A DNA stretch of 64,000 bases, taken from contig JAWLCA010000013.1 in the NCBI GenBank assembly GCA_041687395.1, positions 51,470-115,469 of the forward strand, in the 5' to 3' direction. Below, in pieces: positions 36,513-46,587 of the stretch. Within the stretch, counting starts at the first letter, position 1; every line of letters begins with the position of its first letter. The DNA comes from Paracoccaceae bacterium (GTDB lineage: Bacteria > Pseudomonadota > Alphaproteobacteria > Rhodobacterales > Rhodobacteraceae). Under the pieces are notes generated by a model. It saw only the letters and a list, made by a program, of their open reading frames with translations, was not told the origin of the DNA and did no database searches. Both the position numbers and the translations under genes were made by a program.

Positions 36513-38978
36513 ATGATCACCGCCTTTCGCTGGATGCTGCGCCTGCTGCTGGGCCTGACTGCGGTGATCCTGCTGGTGCTGGCTGGGGTGTATTACTTCG
36601 CCACCCGGTCGATCCCGGACTATTCCGCCACATGGCGGGTGGAGGGCCTGACGGGTCCGGTGGAGATCGTAAGAAACAACGCGAATGTGCCGCATATCTT
36701 TGGCGAGACGGACGCGGACGTGTTCTACGCGCTGGGGTTTGCCCATGCTCAGGACCGTCTGTGGCAGATGACGATGATGCGGCGCACCGCGCAGGGCCGC
36801 CTGTCAGAGATCTTCGGCGAGCGGACGGTGCAGATCGACGAGTTGATGCGGCGCTTCGACATCTACAGTTTGGCCGCCGCCTCGTATGCGGTGCAGGATG
36901 CCGAGGCGCGCGAGGCGCTGGAGGCCTATGCCCGCGGCGTGAATGCCTGGATCGGGCAGGTGAACGAGCGCGCAATGGGCCGCGGCGCCCCCGAATTCTT
37001 CCTGTTCGAACCCGAAATCGCGGTCTGGCAACCGGCAGATTCGCTGGCGGTCATCAAGCTGATGGGTATCCAGCTGTCGGCGCAGTTGCAGGCCGAAGTG
37101 CTGCGCGCCCGCGCATCGCTGGTGCTGTCGGATGACCGATTGCGGGACATCCTGCCCGACGACCCGACGCAAGCCGTCGCTGCGCTGCCTGAATTCTCGA
37201 GGCTGTTTCCGGGCGTCGCGCCGGGAACCGCGCCGCTGGATTTCGCCGCCGACCCGCTGTCACCGGTACCAGACCGCGCATTGGCCGGGGCTTCGAACGC
37301 CTGGGCGGCGGCGCCGTCGCGATCGGCGGCCGGTGGGTCGCTGCTGGCAAACGATCCCCACCTGAGCCTGACCGCGCCGACGGTGTGGTATCTTGCCCGG
37401 CTTGAGCTTTCGACCGGCGGCGTGATCGGGGCGACGATCCCGGGGATGCCGGCGATCCTGGCCGGGCGGTCGGATACTCTGGGCTGGGGGGTCACCTCAT
37501 CCTATCTCGACGACCTTGACGTCTACGTCGAACGCCTGAACCCCGAAAACCCTGAGGAATATGAGACCCCCGAGGGCTGGAAGGCGTTCGAGACGCGGCG
37601 ATCCATCATCCGGATCAAGGATCAGGAGCCGCGCACCCTGACCCTGCGTTGGACCGACAACGGCCCGGTCCTGCCGGGCACCCATTTCAGCCTGGGCAGC
37701 ATCACACCCGGCGGTCACGTGACCTCGGTCGCGTGGACGTTGCTGGATGCCTCCGACACCTCGATGTCGGCGGCGCTGCGGCTAATGCGAGCGGGATCGG
37801 TCGACGAGGGGCTGGCGGCTGGCGCGCTCTACGTGGCGCCCAGCCAGAGCCTGATGCTGGCTGACCGCGACGGGATCGCCACGCAATTGATCGGCGCCAT
37901 GCCCCGGCGCGACCCGCGCCATCAGACACGGGGCCGGATGCCCGCACCCGGCTGGCTGGCCGAGAACCGCTGGCAGGGCCGCCTGCCCTATGAGGATAAC
38001 CCCGGCGAGGTGAATCCCGAAACCGGGATCGTCGGCAACACCAACAACAAGATCACCGACGCGCCCTTTCCCCGCCATGTGGCGCATGACTGGGGCGATA
38101 CGCAACGGATCCAGCGCTGGCTGCGCCTTATGCAGGTGCGCGACGTGCACACGCGCGAAAGCTTCATCGAGGCGCAGCTGGATACGGTGTCGAACGCCGC
38201 CCGCACCCTGCTGCCGCTGGTTGGCGCCGACCTGTGGTTCACCGGCGAGGGCGCGCCCGAAGGTACCCGCGAGCGCCAGCGCCAGCGCGCTCTGTCCCTC
38301 ATGGCGGAATGGAACGGCGAGATGAACGAGCATCTGCCGGAACCGCTGATCTACGCCGCCTGGATGCGCGCGCTGCAGGAACGGCTGATCCGCGACGAAC
38401 TTGGGCCACTGGCCGATTCCTTCACCCACATCGATCCCGTCTTCATCGAGCGTGTTTTCCGCGACGCCGGCGGTGCCGGGGTCTGGTGCGACATCATCCA
38501 GTCCTCGCCCATCGAGACCTGCGTCGATGTGGCCCGGATGGCGCTCGACGACGCGCTGATCTGGCTGGAGGAACGCTACGGAAGCAGCATCGAAAGCTGG
38601 CGGTGGGGCGATGCGCATCAGGCGGTGCACGAGCATCAGGTGCTGGGAGAGACGCGCGGTCTGGGGGTGTTCGTGAACATCCGGCAATCCACCTCGGGGG
38701 GAGATTTCACGCTGATGCGGGGGATGACCTCGGGGCGCGAGCCGACGCCGTTTCGGAACGTCCACGGCGCGGGCTATCGTGGCGTCTACGATTTCGCCGA
38801 TCCCGACAGTTCGGTTTTCATCACTGCGACCGGGCAGTCCGGCCATCCGCTCAGCCGGCATTATGACAACCTTGGCGACCTGTGGCGGCGGGGCGAATAC
38901 ATCCCGATGAGCCTTGATCCGCAGCTTGCGCGGGCGGGCGCGGTCGGAGTGACGACGCTGCTGCCCCTCGCTGACTAG
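36513..38978 (+). CDS. Penicillin/AHL acylase family (Ntn-hydrolase) protein with N-terminal membrane anchor
   Basis: Internal start MITAFRWMLRLLLGLTAVILLVLAGVYYF. Family blocks present: VPHIFGETDADVFYALGFAHAQDRLWQM and ASNAWAA (Ser nucleophile of the beta subunit). Confidence 0.85.
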   Translation: MITAFRWMLRLLLGLTAVILLVLAGVYYFATRSIPDYSATWRVEGLTGPVEIVRNNANVPHIFGETDADVFYALGFAHAQDRLWQMTMMRRTAQGRLSEIFGERTVQIDELMRRFDIYSLAAASYAVQDAEAREALEAYARGVNAWIGQVNERAMGRGAPEFFLFEPEIAVWQPADSLAVIKLMGIQLSAQLQAEVLRARASLVLSDDRLRDILPDDPTQAVAALPEFSRLFPGVAPGTAPLDFAADPLSPVPDRALAGASNAWAAAPSRSAAGGSLLANDPHLSLTAPTVWYLARLELSTGGVIGATIPGMPAILAGRSDTLGWGVTSSYLDDLDVYVERLNPENPEEYETPEGWKAFETRRSIIRIKDQEPRTLTLRWTDNGPVLPGTHFSLGSITPGGHVTSVAWTLLDASDTSMSAALRLMRAGSVDEGLAAGALYVAPSQSLMLADRDGIATQLIGAMPRRDPRHQTRGRMPAPGWLAENRWQGRLPYEDNPGEVNPETGIVGNTNNKITDAPFPRHVAHDWGDTQRIQRWLRLMQVRDVHTRESFIEAQLDTVSNAARTLLPLVGADLWFTGEGAPEGTRERQRQRALSLMAEWNGEMNEHLPEPLIYAAWMRALQERLIRDELGPLADSFTHIDPVFIERVFRDAGGAGVWCDIIQSSPIETCVDVARMALDDALIWLEERYGSSIESWRWGDAHQAVHEHQVLGETRGLGVFVNIRQSTSGGDFTLMRGMTSGREPTPFRNVHGAGYRGVYDFADPDSSVFITATGQSGHPLSRHYDNLGDLWRRGEYIPMSLDPQLARAGAVGVTTLLPLAD

Positions 38979-41569
38979 CCCTCACCTGACACGGGAGCGA
39001 TCGTCAGGCGGTTGCCGCCCAGATCGCGGAAGGCGCGTTGGCGACACGTCAACACGATGATCTGCAGATCCGCCGCCTGCCGGTGGAGCGCGTCGAACAT
39101 CGCCTCGATCCGGTCGTCGTCGGTGAAGACCAGCGCATCGTCCAGGATCAGAGGGGCCGCATGGCCGGCGCGAGCGTGCATCCGGGCAAAGGCCAAGCGT
39201 ACGAGCAGCGCGATCTGTTCCTGCGTGCCGCCCGACAGGATGTCCAGCCCCTCCTCCTGCCCCTCGCGTATCAGGGTCGAGGGCAGCAGCGTGGCATCGT
39301 CGAAGCGCAGGTCGGCCTCGGGCCAGAGCAGGCGCAGGAGCGGCGCAAGTTCCGCCATCACCGGCGCGAAGTAGCGTTCGCGGGCCTGGGTCCGGGCGGC
39401 GTCAAGTGCGGCCTCCAGCCTCCGCAGCACCGCAACCTCGAAGGTCACGCGCTCCAGGTGCGCGCGGGCGGCGACCAGTCGCGCCTCGGTATCTGCCAGT
39501 TCCTCCTCGACCGCCTCGGAGGCGCGCAGGTCGATCAGCGTGTCAAGCTGTCCAAGCTCCAGCGTCAGCTTCCCGACCTCGGCCCGGACAGCCTCGATCA
39601 CCGACTGCGCCCGATCGCGCGCCGCGCGGGCCGAGGCCAAATCGGGTGCGTCGCGCAAAAGTTCGGCGTGATGGGCTTCAGCCGCCGACAGTTCGGCCGC
39701 AAGCGCGCTGTGCGCTGCCGCAAGCTCGGCCTCGCGCGCCGTCGGATTTGGCCCATTCAGTGAAGTCGTCGCGCGCGCAAGGCGCTCTGCCGCGCCTTCC
39801 TCGGCGGCTGCGGCGCGGGCCGCGCGTTCCCGACCCAGGGCGACGCGCGACAGCGCAGACTCGCGCGCGGCTACGGCCGCTTGTCGGGCGGCTTCGGCCA
39901 CGTCATGCGCCGCCTGCGCCTCGACGCTCGGGGGCAGCGAGTCGTCGGCCAGCGCATCTGGCAAGGCCGCGAGCGCGGCCCGCAACGGATCGAGCCCATC
40001 TGGGGCCAGCACCTGAAAGGTTGCGCGCGCTTCCTGGACCTCGCCCTCCGCCACCTGACGCGCCTGCGCCGCCTCGCGGGCGCTATCGCGATGAGCGTGA
40101 CCAAGGCGGTCCAGCGCGGATTTCAGCGCGGTTTCGGCCTCTGCCACGTCGGTCGCTGCCCCGCCCTGCCCGCCAGGGTCGATCGAAAGCTGCCCAAGAC
40201 CACGCAGGGACAGCACCGCCTGCGCGGGAATCGTCACCGGCTCTCCTTCGGGCAAGGCGACACCATCGTGCGTTACGCCCCCCGCGCCCTCTGACATGTG
40301 TGCCATCGTAATCTTTACCGCCGTGGCCGTGTGCAGACGGCGCGCGGTGGCAAGGGCATGGGCAAGCTCGTCAAGCTGGGCGATCTGCTTGAAGGTTGGC
40401 CCCTTGGCCGCACGCACCATCGCCTCGTCACGCCGCGCTCGCACCGCTTCGGCGCGTTCGATCCTCGCGATCAACTCCGCGCGTCGATGGGCGGATTCCC
40501 GCGCCGCCTCGTGGCGAAGCGCGGCGTTGAGCACCCTGCCCGCCTCGGCCGCCGCCCCGGCGGTGGTTTTCGCGGCCCTTTCTGCATCAACGAGGCGTGC
40601 CTGCGCCTCAGCCAGCATGGTTTCCGCCTCGGCCCGCGTGGCTTTGTGCTCCTCGGCGACCCTTTTTGCCTCGGCCAGCTCGCGTTGCGCCGCCTTGATC
40701 GCATCAAGGGCCTGCGAGGTCTGCGCCAGCTTCAGTTTGGAGAGCGCCAACGCCTCCGTTGCCTTCTCCAGCGCCTCGGCGTGGCGCTCGGCGCGCGTCA
40801 GCGCGGCGGTCGCCTCGGCCAGCCGTGCTTCGCGGAACTGGGCCGCTTCGGGGTTGCGCAGTTCGGCCAGATCCCGGCGGATCTCGCGCCGGCGGGTCAG
40901 CGCCTGTTCCAGCGTCGCGATCTGTTCGCTCAGGGCCGTGTGCCGATCTGCCAGCGCGGAGACGTCCTTTTGCGCCGCGGCCAGTGGTCCGTCGGCCCGG
41001 GCGCGGCCGGTCTGGGTCTGATAGCGCGCTAGCTCCTCGCGGCAGCGGCGCAGCGCCGCGTCCATCCGGCGCCCTCCGGTCATCGCCTCGACCTCGCCCG
41101 CGACCGAGGACAGCAGGTCGCGCCGCGCCTCGATGGCGCCGCCGTCCCGCTGGTCGAGCGAAGTGAGGCCCTGGCGAACCCACAGCAGGCCCGTCGGACC
41201 GCTATCCCCGCCCATCAGCGAGGCGATCCAGGCCTCGGCGTCATCGGCCTGCGCGATCAGGCGCGCGCCGTGCATCACCCGCGCCTGCGGCCGCGACAGC
41301 CAACGCTTCTCGATCAGGAACAACCCGTTCGAGGTCTCGATCTCCACCGAAACCTCTGGCCCCCCGCCGGCATGAGGTTGCAGTGCCATCACCGACTGGG
41401 CGCGGGAGCGATGCGGGGCGAAGAACAGCGCCTGCACCGCATCGAACAGCGTCGACTTCCCCCGTTCGTTGGGGGCAGACAGCACGTTCAGCCCGTCTGC
41501 GATGGCAGCCACCTCGACCGGGGCATCGAAGCGGCGGACGTTGCTCAGACGGATGCGCCGCAGCCTCAT
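38975..41569 (-). CDS. SMC/Rad50-like AAA ATPase (YhaN/SbcC-like) with long Ala/Glu-rich coiled coil
   Basis: Walker A SAPNERGKST, ABC signature LSGGTQEQ and Walker B LILDDAL at the two ends, with about 600 aa of coiled coil between them. I see no CxxC zinc hook. Confidence 0.8.
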   Translation of the reverse strand: MRLRRIRLSNVRRFDAPVEVAAIADGLNVLSAPNERGKSTLFDAVQALFFAPHRSRAQSVMALQPHAGGGPEVSVEIETSNGLFLIEKRWLSRPQARVMHGARLIAQADDAEAWIASLMGGDSGPTGLLWVRQGLTSLDQRDGGAIEARRDLLSSVAGEVEAMTGGRRMDAALRRCREELARYQTQTGRARADGPLAAAQKDVSALADRHTALSEQIATLEQALTRRREIRRDLAELRNPEAAQFREARLAEATAALTRAERHAEALEKATEALALSKLKLAQTSQALDAIKAAQRELAEAKRVAEEHKATRAEAETMLAEAQARLVDAERAAKTTAGAAAEAGRVLNAALRHEAARESAHRRAELIARIERAEAVRARRDEAMVRAAKGPTFKQIAQLDELAHALATARRLHTATAVKITMAHMSEGAGGVTHDGVALPEGEPVTIPAQAVLSLRGLGQLSIDPGGQGGAATDVAEAETALKSALDRLGHAHRDSAREAAQARQVAEGEVQEARATFQVLAPDGLDPLRAALAALPDALADDSLPPSVEAQAAHDVAEAARQAAVAARESALSRVALGRERAARAAAAEEGAAERLARATTSLNGPNPTAREAELAAAHSALAAELSAAEAHHAELLRDAPDLASARAARDRAQSVIEAVRAEVGKLTLELGQLDTLIDLRASEAVEEELADTEARLVAARAHLERVTFEVAVLRRLEAALDAARTQARERYFAPVMAELAPLLRLLWPEADLRFDDATLLPSTLIREGQEEGLDILSGGTQEQIALLVRLAFARMHARAGHAAPLILDDALVFTDDDRIEAMFDALHRQAADLQIIVLTCRQRAFRDLGGNRLTIAPVSGEG

Positions 41570-42684
41570 GCCATGCCGCCCCGCAAGTAGCCGTAAAGGC
41601 GGTTCAGCGCAGCCGCGGCGAGACGGCGCTCGTCGTCGGCAAGGCCGTCGTCGAGGGCGGCGTGGCGCAGACCCTCTGCCGCCGACCGCAAGGCGCCGCC
41701 GCGGTCGATCTCGTCCAGGTCGGCCGCGTCGAATTCTGTCTCAAGCGAGTCAAGCGACAGGTCGAAGAATCCGAACTCTGGCGCAACAACCTCGGCAGCA
41801 TCCTCGAGTGCGGCGCGGTCGGGCAGACGGACGCGACCCTCGGCCCGAAGCGAAAGCAGGGTGTCGCGCCGGCCGCCGGTCGGTAGCACCGCCTGCAGCG
41901 CCGCGGCAGTCTCCTGACCGGGGAGCAGATCAAGCCGCCGGTCCACCCATTGAAACTGGCCGGTTTCCACTTGCGCGACCCTTGGCGGTGCGCCCGGCCC
42001 CTCCAGCGACACCACCAGGCAAGAGCCTCGCCCGCTACGGCGGAATCGGTCGTATTCCGGGGTTCCCGAATAGCGCGTCCGCGGGCTGATTTCCTTCGCG
42101 CCGTGCCAGTCCCCAAGGGCGAGGTAATCGAGTCCGGCAAGCCGATCGCGATCGGGGCGGATCACGCCGGTCGCATCTTCCTCGAACCCGACGACCGCAC
42201 CGTGGGCCAGACCGATGCGAAGGCTGCCTTCGGGGCTGGGCATCGCGTCAAGCGCCTCTGTCAGGTCGCGACCCGGATACCGACGGGTCACGGGCACCGG
42301 AAGAAGCGTCGCCCCGGGGCCAAGCGGCACCGGACCTGCCGTCGTCAATGGATGCACATTGGCAGGCGCATCGCGCGCAACACGCGCCCAAAGCGACTCT
42401 GCCGCCAGGCTGTCGTGGTTTCCCGGTAAGAGCCACCAGTGTACGGCGTCATGTTCGGCCATTGCGGCCAGCGCCTGCCGCAAGACCGGTGGGGACGGGG
42501 TCTCTGTGTCGAAGATGTCGCCTGCGATCAGTACATGCGCCGCGTCATGCTTGCCTGCAACAACTGCCAGTCGGGCGATGGCACCGTGCCGCGCCTCGAC
42601 CAGACGGCCGCGCAGATCTTCGGAAAAGGTGCCGAAACGGCGACCAAAGTGCAGATCAGAGGTGTGGATGAAGCGAAAAGTCAT
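41566..42684 (-). CDS. Mre11/SbcD-like metallophosphoesterase (YhaO-like)
   Basis: MTFRFIHTSDLHFG, GDIFD, LLPGNHD, GDWHG motifs. Shows a 4-nt overlap with the ATPase gene. Confidence 0.8.
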   Translation of the reverse strand: MTFRFIHTSDLHFGRRFGTFSEDLRGRLVEARHGAIARLAVVAGKHDAAHVLIAGDIFDTETPSPPVLRQALAAMAEHDAVHWWLLPGNHDSLAAESLWARVARDAPANVHPLTTAGPVPLGPGATLLPVPVTRRYPGRDLTEALDAMPSPEGSLRIGLAHGAVVGFEEDATGVIRPDRDRLAGLDYLALGDWHGAKEISPRTRYSGTPEYDRFRRSGRGSCLVVSLEGPGAPPRVAQVETGQFQWVDRRLDLLPGQETAAALQAVLPTGGRRDTLLSLRAEGRVRLPDRAALEDAAEVVAPEFGFFDLSLDSLETEFDAADLDEIDRGGALRSAAEGLRHAALDDGLADDERRLAAAALNRLYGYLRGGMA

Positions 42685-42702
42685 GGCACAGGCGGGCAAT
42701 GC

Positions 42703-43161
42703 CTAGCCCAGACGGCCCTTGACCAAGGGTCCGACGGCGCCGAAGTCCATCTGACCGGTGTATTTGGCCTTCAGGATCGCCATGACGCGCCCCATGTCGC
42801 GCAGTGATCTGGCGTCGATTTCGGAAATGGCGGCGTCGATCGCGGCCTCGATCTCGTTCTCGGACAATTGCCGCGGAAGGTAGCCTTCGATCACCTTCGC
42901 CTCTGCGCGCTCCTGCTCGGCCAGTTCCACGCGCCCGCCCTCTTCATAGGCTCGTGCGCTTTCCTGGCGCTGCTTTACCATCCGTCCCAGAATTGCCAGC
43001 ACATCGGCGTCGGTCACCCCGCTCTCGCTGCCCTCACCCCGCAGCGCGATGTCGCGATCCTTGATCGCGGCCGTAATAAGCCTGAGCGTCGACAGCCTGT
43101 CGGTATCGCGCGATTTCATCGCATCCTTCAGATCAGCGGAAAGCCGGTCGCGCAGCGTCAT
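42703..43161 (-). CDS. GatB/YqeY domain-containing protein
   Basis: MTLRDRLSADLKDAMKSRD... 152 aa. Confidence 0.88.
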   Translation of the reverse strand: MTLRDRLSADLKDAMKSRDTDRLSTLRLITAAIKDRDIALRGEGSESGVTDADVLAILGRMVKQRQESARAYEEGGRVELAEQERAEAKVIEGYLPRQLSENEIEAAIDAAISEIDARSLRDMGRVMAILKAKYTGQMDFGAVGPLVKGRLG

Positions 43162-43350
43162 GATCCGTCACATCCCCATGTCGATTGAATGGCGCCACTG
43201 TAACCAGTTCGCAGAAGGCGCACAACAGCCCGTGACGGCGCGTCTAACACATTGTTTTGTATATACAAACCAATTCTGACCCACCCTTGACCCCGGGTGC
43301 GGCCGGGCATAGGTTGCGCGCGACCCGCCGCCGCCCGACCGGAGTGCCCC

Positions 43351-44511
<1,161 letters not shown>

Positions 44512-44631
44512 CGCGCCGCGCAGAGCGACCGGTTAAGGCTGCGTGAATCGACAGCGCGGAGATTTGGTCGCGCGTTAACCTGTTTCCTAACAAATCGTGG
44601 GGGTTTCTCTACGAATTGTTAAGGTTTCGGG

Positions 44632-46587
44632 ATGACGCCCACGACCCAGCCACTCGACTCATCCAACATCACCGTCTTGCAGCCGCGGATGGTCGGAAAT
44701 CTTGTGTCACGGCCGAGCAGCGGATCTGCGCTGATCGACCAGCAGCCGCAACTCGGCGACATCCTCGTAGAGATGGGCGCCATCTCGGCGACCGAGTTGG
44801 CACAGGCGCAGATCCTGCAGACGCGGCAGGACGTCCGCCTTGGGCGCGTCCTTCTTGCGCATGAGATGATATCCGAGGCCGCGCTGCTGCTTGCGCTCTC
44901 GCAGCAGCAAAAGACCCGGATCGTCGACCCGATGCAGGATCCGGCAGACCCTCGCCTGATCGATCTGCTGGGCGCGGATCGATGCCTGCGTGAGACGGTG
45001 CTGCCGTGGCGCTGTGCCGGTCAGGTGACGGTGATCGTCGTTGCCTGGCCCGAGGATTTTCATCGCCTCCAGCCCGAGCTTCAGGCCATCTTCGGGCCAG
45101 TGGTGATGGCCTTGGCCGCCGAGGCCAAAGTACAGGCGGCAATCCTCGTGCGACGTCGCACGGAACTCGGCCGACGGGCCGAAACCCGCACCACAGAATC
45201 CGAGAGCTGCCGGAACTGGCCCGCGGCGCGGGTACGTGGCGGCGTGGCCCTGACCTGTCTTCTGGCCGGCGTGATGGCTGCCTTCGCGCCCCTTTTGCTC
45301 GTCGGGGTGCTGACCCTGTGGACGGTACTCACGCTTCTGGCGACCACCCTGCTGAAAGCCGCAGCCATGGTGCTTCACCTTCGCCAGCGCACGGGCGACG
45401 ACACGTCGCCCAAGGCCCTGCCAGAGGTCGCCCGGCAGCCCACGATCTCGATCCTCGTTCCCTTGTTCAACGAAGCGGATATCGCCCCACGCCTGGTCGC
45501 GCGCCTGTCGCGCCTGAGCTATCCACGCGAACTGCTCGACATCCTGTTGATCGTCGAGGAAGACGACGCGACCACGCGCCGGGCTCTCGGCGAAGCCGAA
45601 CTGCCGCTATGGATGCGCATCGTGGTCGTCCCCGCGGCCGGTCAGTTGCGGACCAAGCCGCGTGCCCTGAACTTCGCGCTCGACTTTGCCCGTGGAAGCA
45701 TCGTTGGCGTCTACGATGCCGAGGACGCCCCCGAGCCGGTGCAATTGCAGCGCGTGGTGGAGCGGTTCCACCAGCGCGGATCGGAACTGGCCTGCGTTCA
45801 GGGCGTGCTCGATTTCTACAACCCGCGCACGAACTGGCTCTCTCGCTGCTTCACCATCGAATACGCCACCTGGTTCCGGATCGTGCTTCCTGGCCTGGAG
45901 CGGCTGAAGCTGCCCGTTCCCCTGGGCGGTACAACCCTGTTCTTTCGCCGGAATGTCCTGGAGGAACTGGGCGGCTGGGACGCCCATAACGTGACCGAGG
46001 ATGCCGATCTGGGAATCCGCCTGGCCCGGCACGGCTACCGGACCGAACTTCTGCCCACCGTGACCGAGGAAGAGGCGAACTGCCGCGCGCTCCCCTGGGT
46101 GCGGCAGCGGTCGCGCTGGCTGAAGGGCTACGCGATGACCTATGCTGTCCACATGCGCAATCCGCGCCTACTATTGCGGCAACTTGGATGGTGGCGCTTC
46201 GCAGGCGTCCAGATTCTATTTGGCGGAACGCTGACTCAGTACCTCATGGCCCCGCTCTTGTGGTCGTTTTGGCTGGTAGCCTTGGGGGTCTGGCACCCGC
46301 TGAACGGGCTCGTTCCGCCGGCGGCCTTCTGGCTGATCGGTGGCTTGTTCGTCGCCAGCGAGGCGGTGAACCTGGCCCTTGGGTGGGTCGCCACGGCAGA
46401 GCCGCGCCATCGCTTTCTCAGAATTTGGCTGCCGACGCTGCACCTCTATTTTCCGCTCGGCGCTCTGGCCGCGTACAAGGGCGCGTGGGAGATGCTCACA
46501 AACCCCTTTTACTGGGACAAGACGACACACGGCGTCTTCGACCGAACCAGCCCGGCCGCGCAGTCCGGCGATCAGCCCTTGGGCTGA
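44632..46587 (+). CDS. Processive family-2 glycosyltransferase (polysaccharide synthase) with N-terminal T2SSE_N/MshEN-type domain
   Basis: aa 40-92 read QLGDILVEMGAISATELAQAQILQ-TRQDV-RLGRVLLAHEMISEAALLLALSQQ, two 24-aa MshEN-like motifs with a 5-aa spacer. These are followed by 2 TM helices and a GT2 core (VYDAEDAP, TEDADLG, QRSRW), then at least 4 C-terminal TM helices. Confidence 0.8.
   Translation: MTPTTQPLDSSNITVLQPRMVGNLVSRPSSGSALIDQQPQLGDILVEMGAISATELAQAQILQTRQDVRLGRVLLAHEMISEAALLLALSQQQKTRIVDPMQDPADPRLIDLLGADRCLRETVLPWRCAGQVTVIVVAWPEDFHRLQPELQAIFGPVVMALAAEAKVQAAILVRRRTELGRRAETRTTESESCRNWPAARVRGGVALTCLLAGVMAAFAPLLLVGVLTLWTVLTLLATTLLKAAAMVLHLRQRTGDDTSPKALPEVARQPTISILVPLFNEADIAPRLVARLSRLSYPRELLDILLIVEEDDATTRRALGEAELPLWMRIVVVPAAGQLRTKPRALNFALDFARGSIVGVYDAEDAPEPVQLQRVVERFHQRGSELACVQGVLDFYNPRTNWLSRCFTIEYATWFRIVLPGLERLKLPVPLGGTTLFFRRNVLEELGGWDAHNVTEDADLGIRLARHGYRTELLPTVTEEEANCRALPWVRQRSRWLKGYAMTYAVHMRNPRLLLRQLGWWRFAGVQILFGGTLTQYLMAPLLWSFWLVALGVWHPLNGLVPPAAFWLIGGLFVASEAVNLALGWVATAEPRHRFLRIWLPTLHLYFPLGALAAYKGAWEMLTNPFYWDKTTHGVFDRTSPAAQSGDQPLG

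Noticed and set aside
38975-42684. The SMC-like ATPase plus nuclease as an anti-phage defence system (Lamassu/Gabija/Wadjet-like).
   Set aside because: The flanking genes are core housekeeping (yqeY, carA). There is no integrase, toxin or other defence gene nearby. The domain set matches a YhaO/YhaN or SbcCD-type repair pair. Kept only as a low-interest note about the missing zinc hook.
44512-44631. CtrA boxes upstream of the MshEN-GT2 gene (several TTAA/TTAAC half-sites).
   Set aside because: No pair has the TTAA-N7-TTAAC spacing; the closest are N8/N9. The half-sites alone are not evidence.
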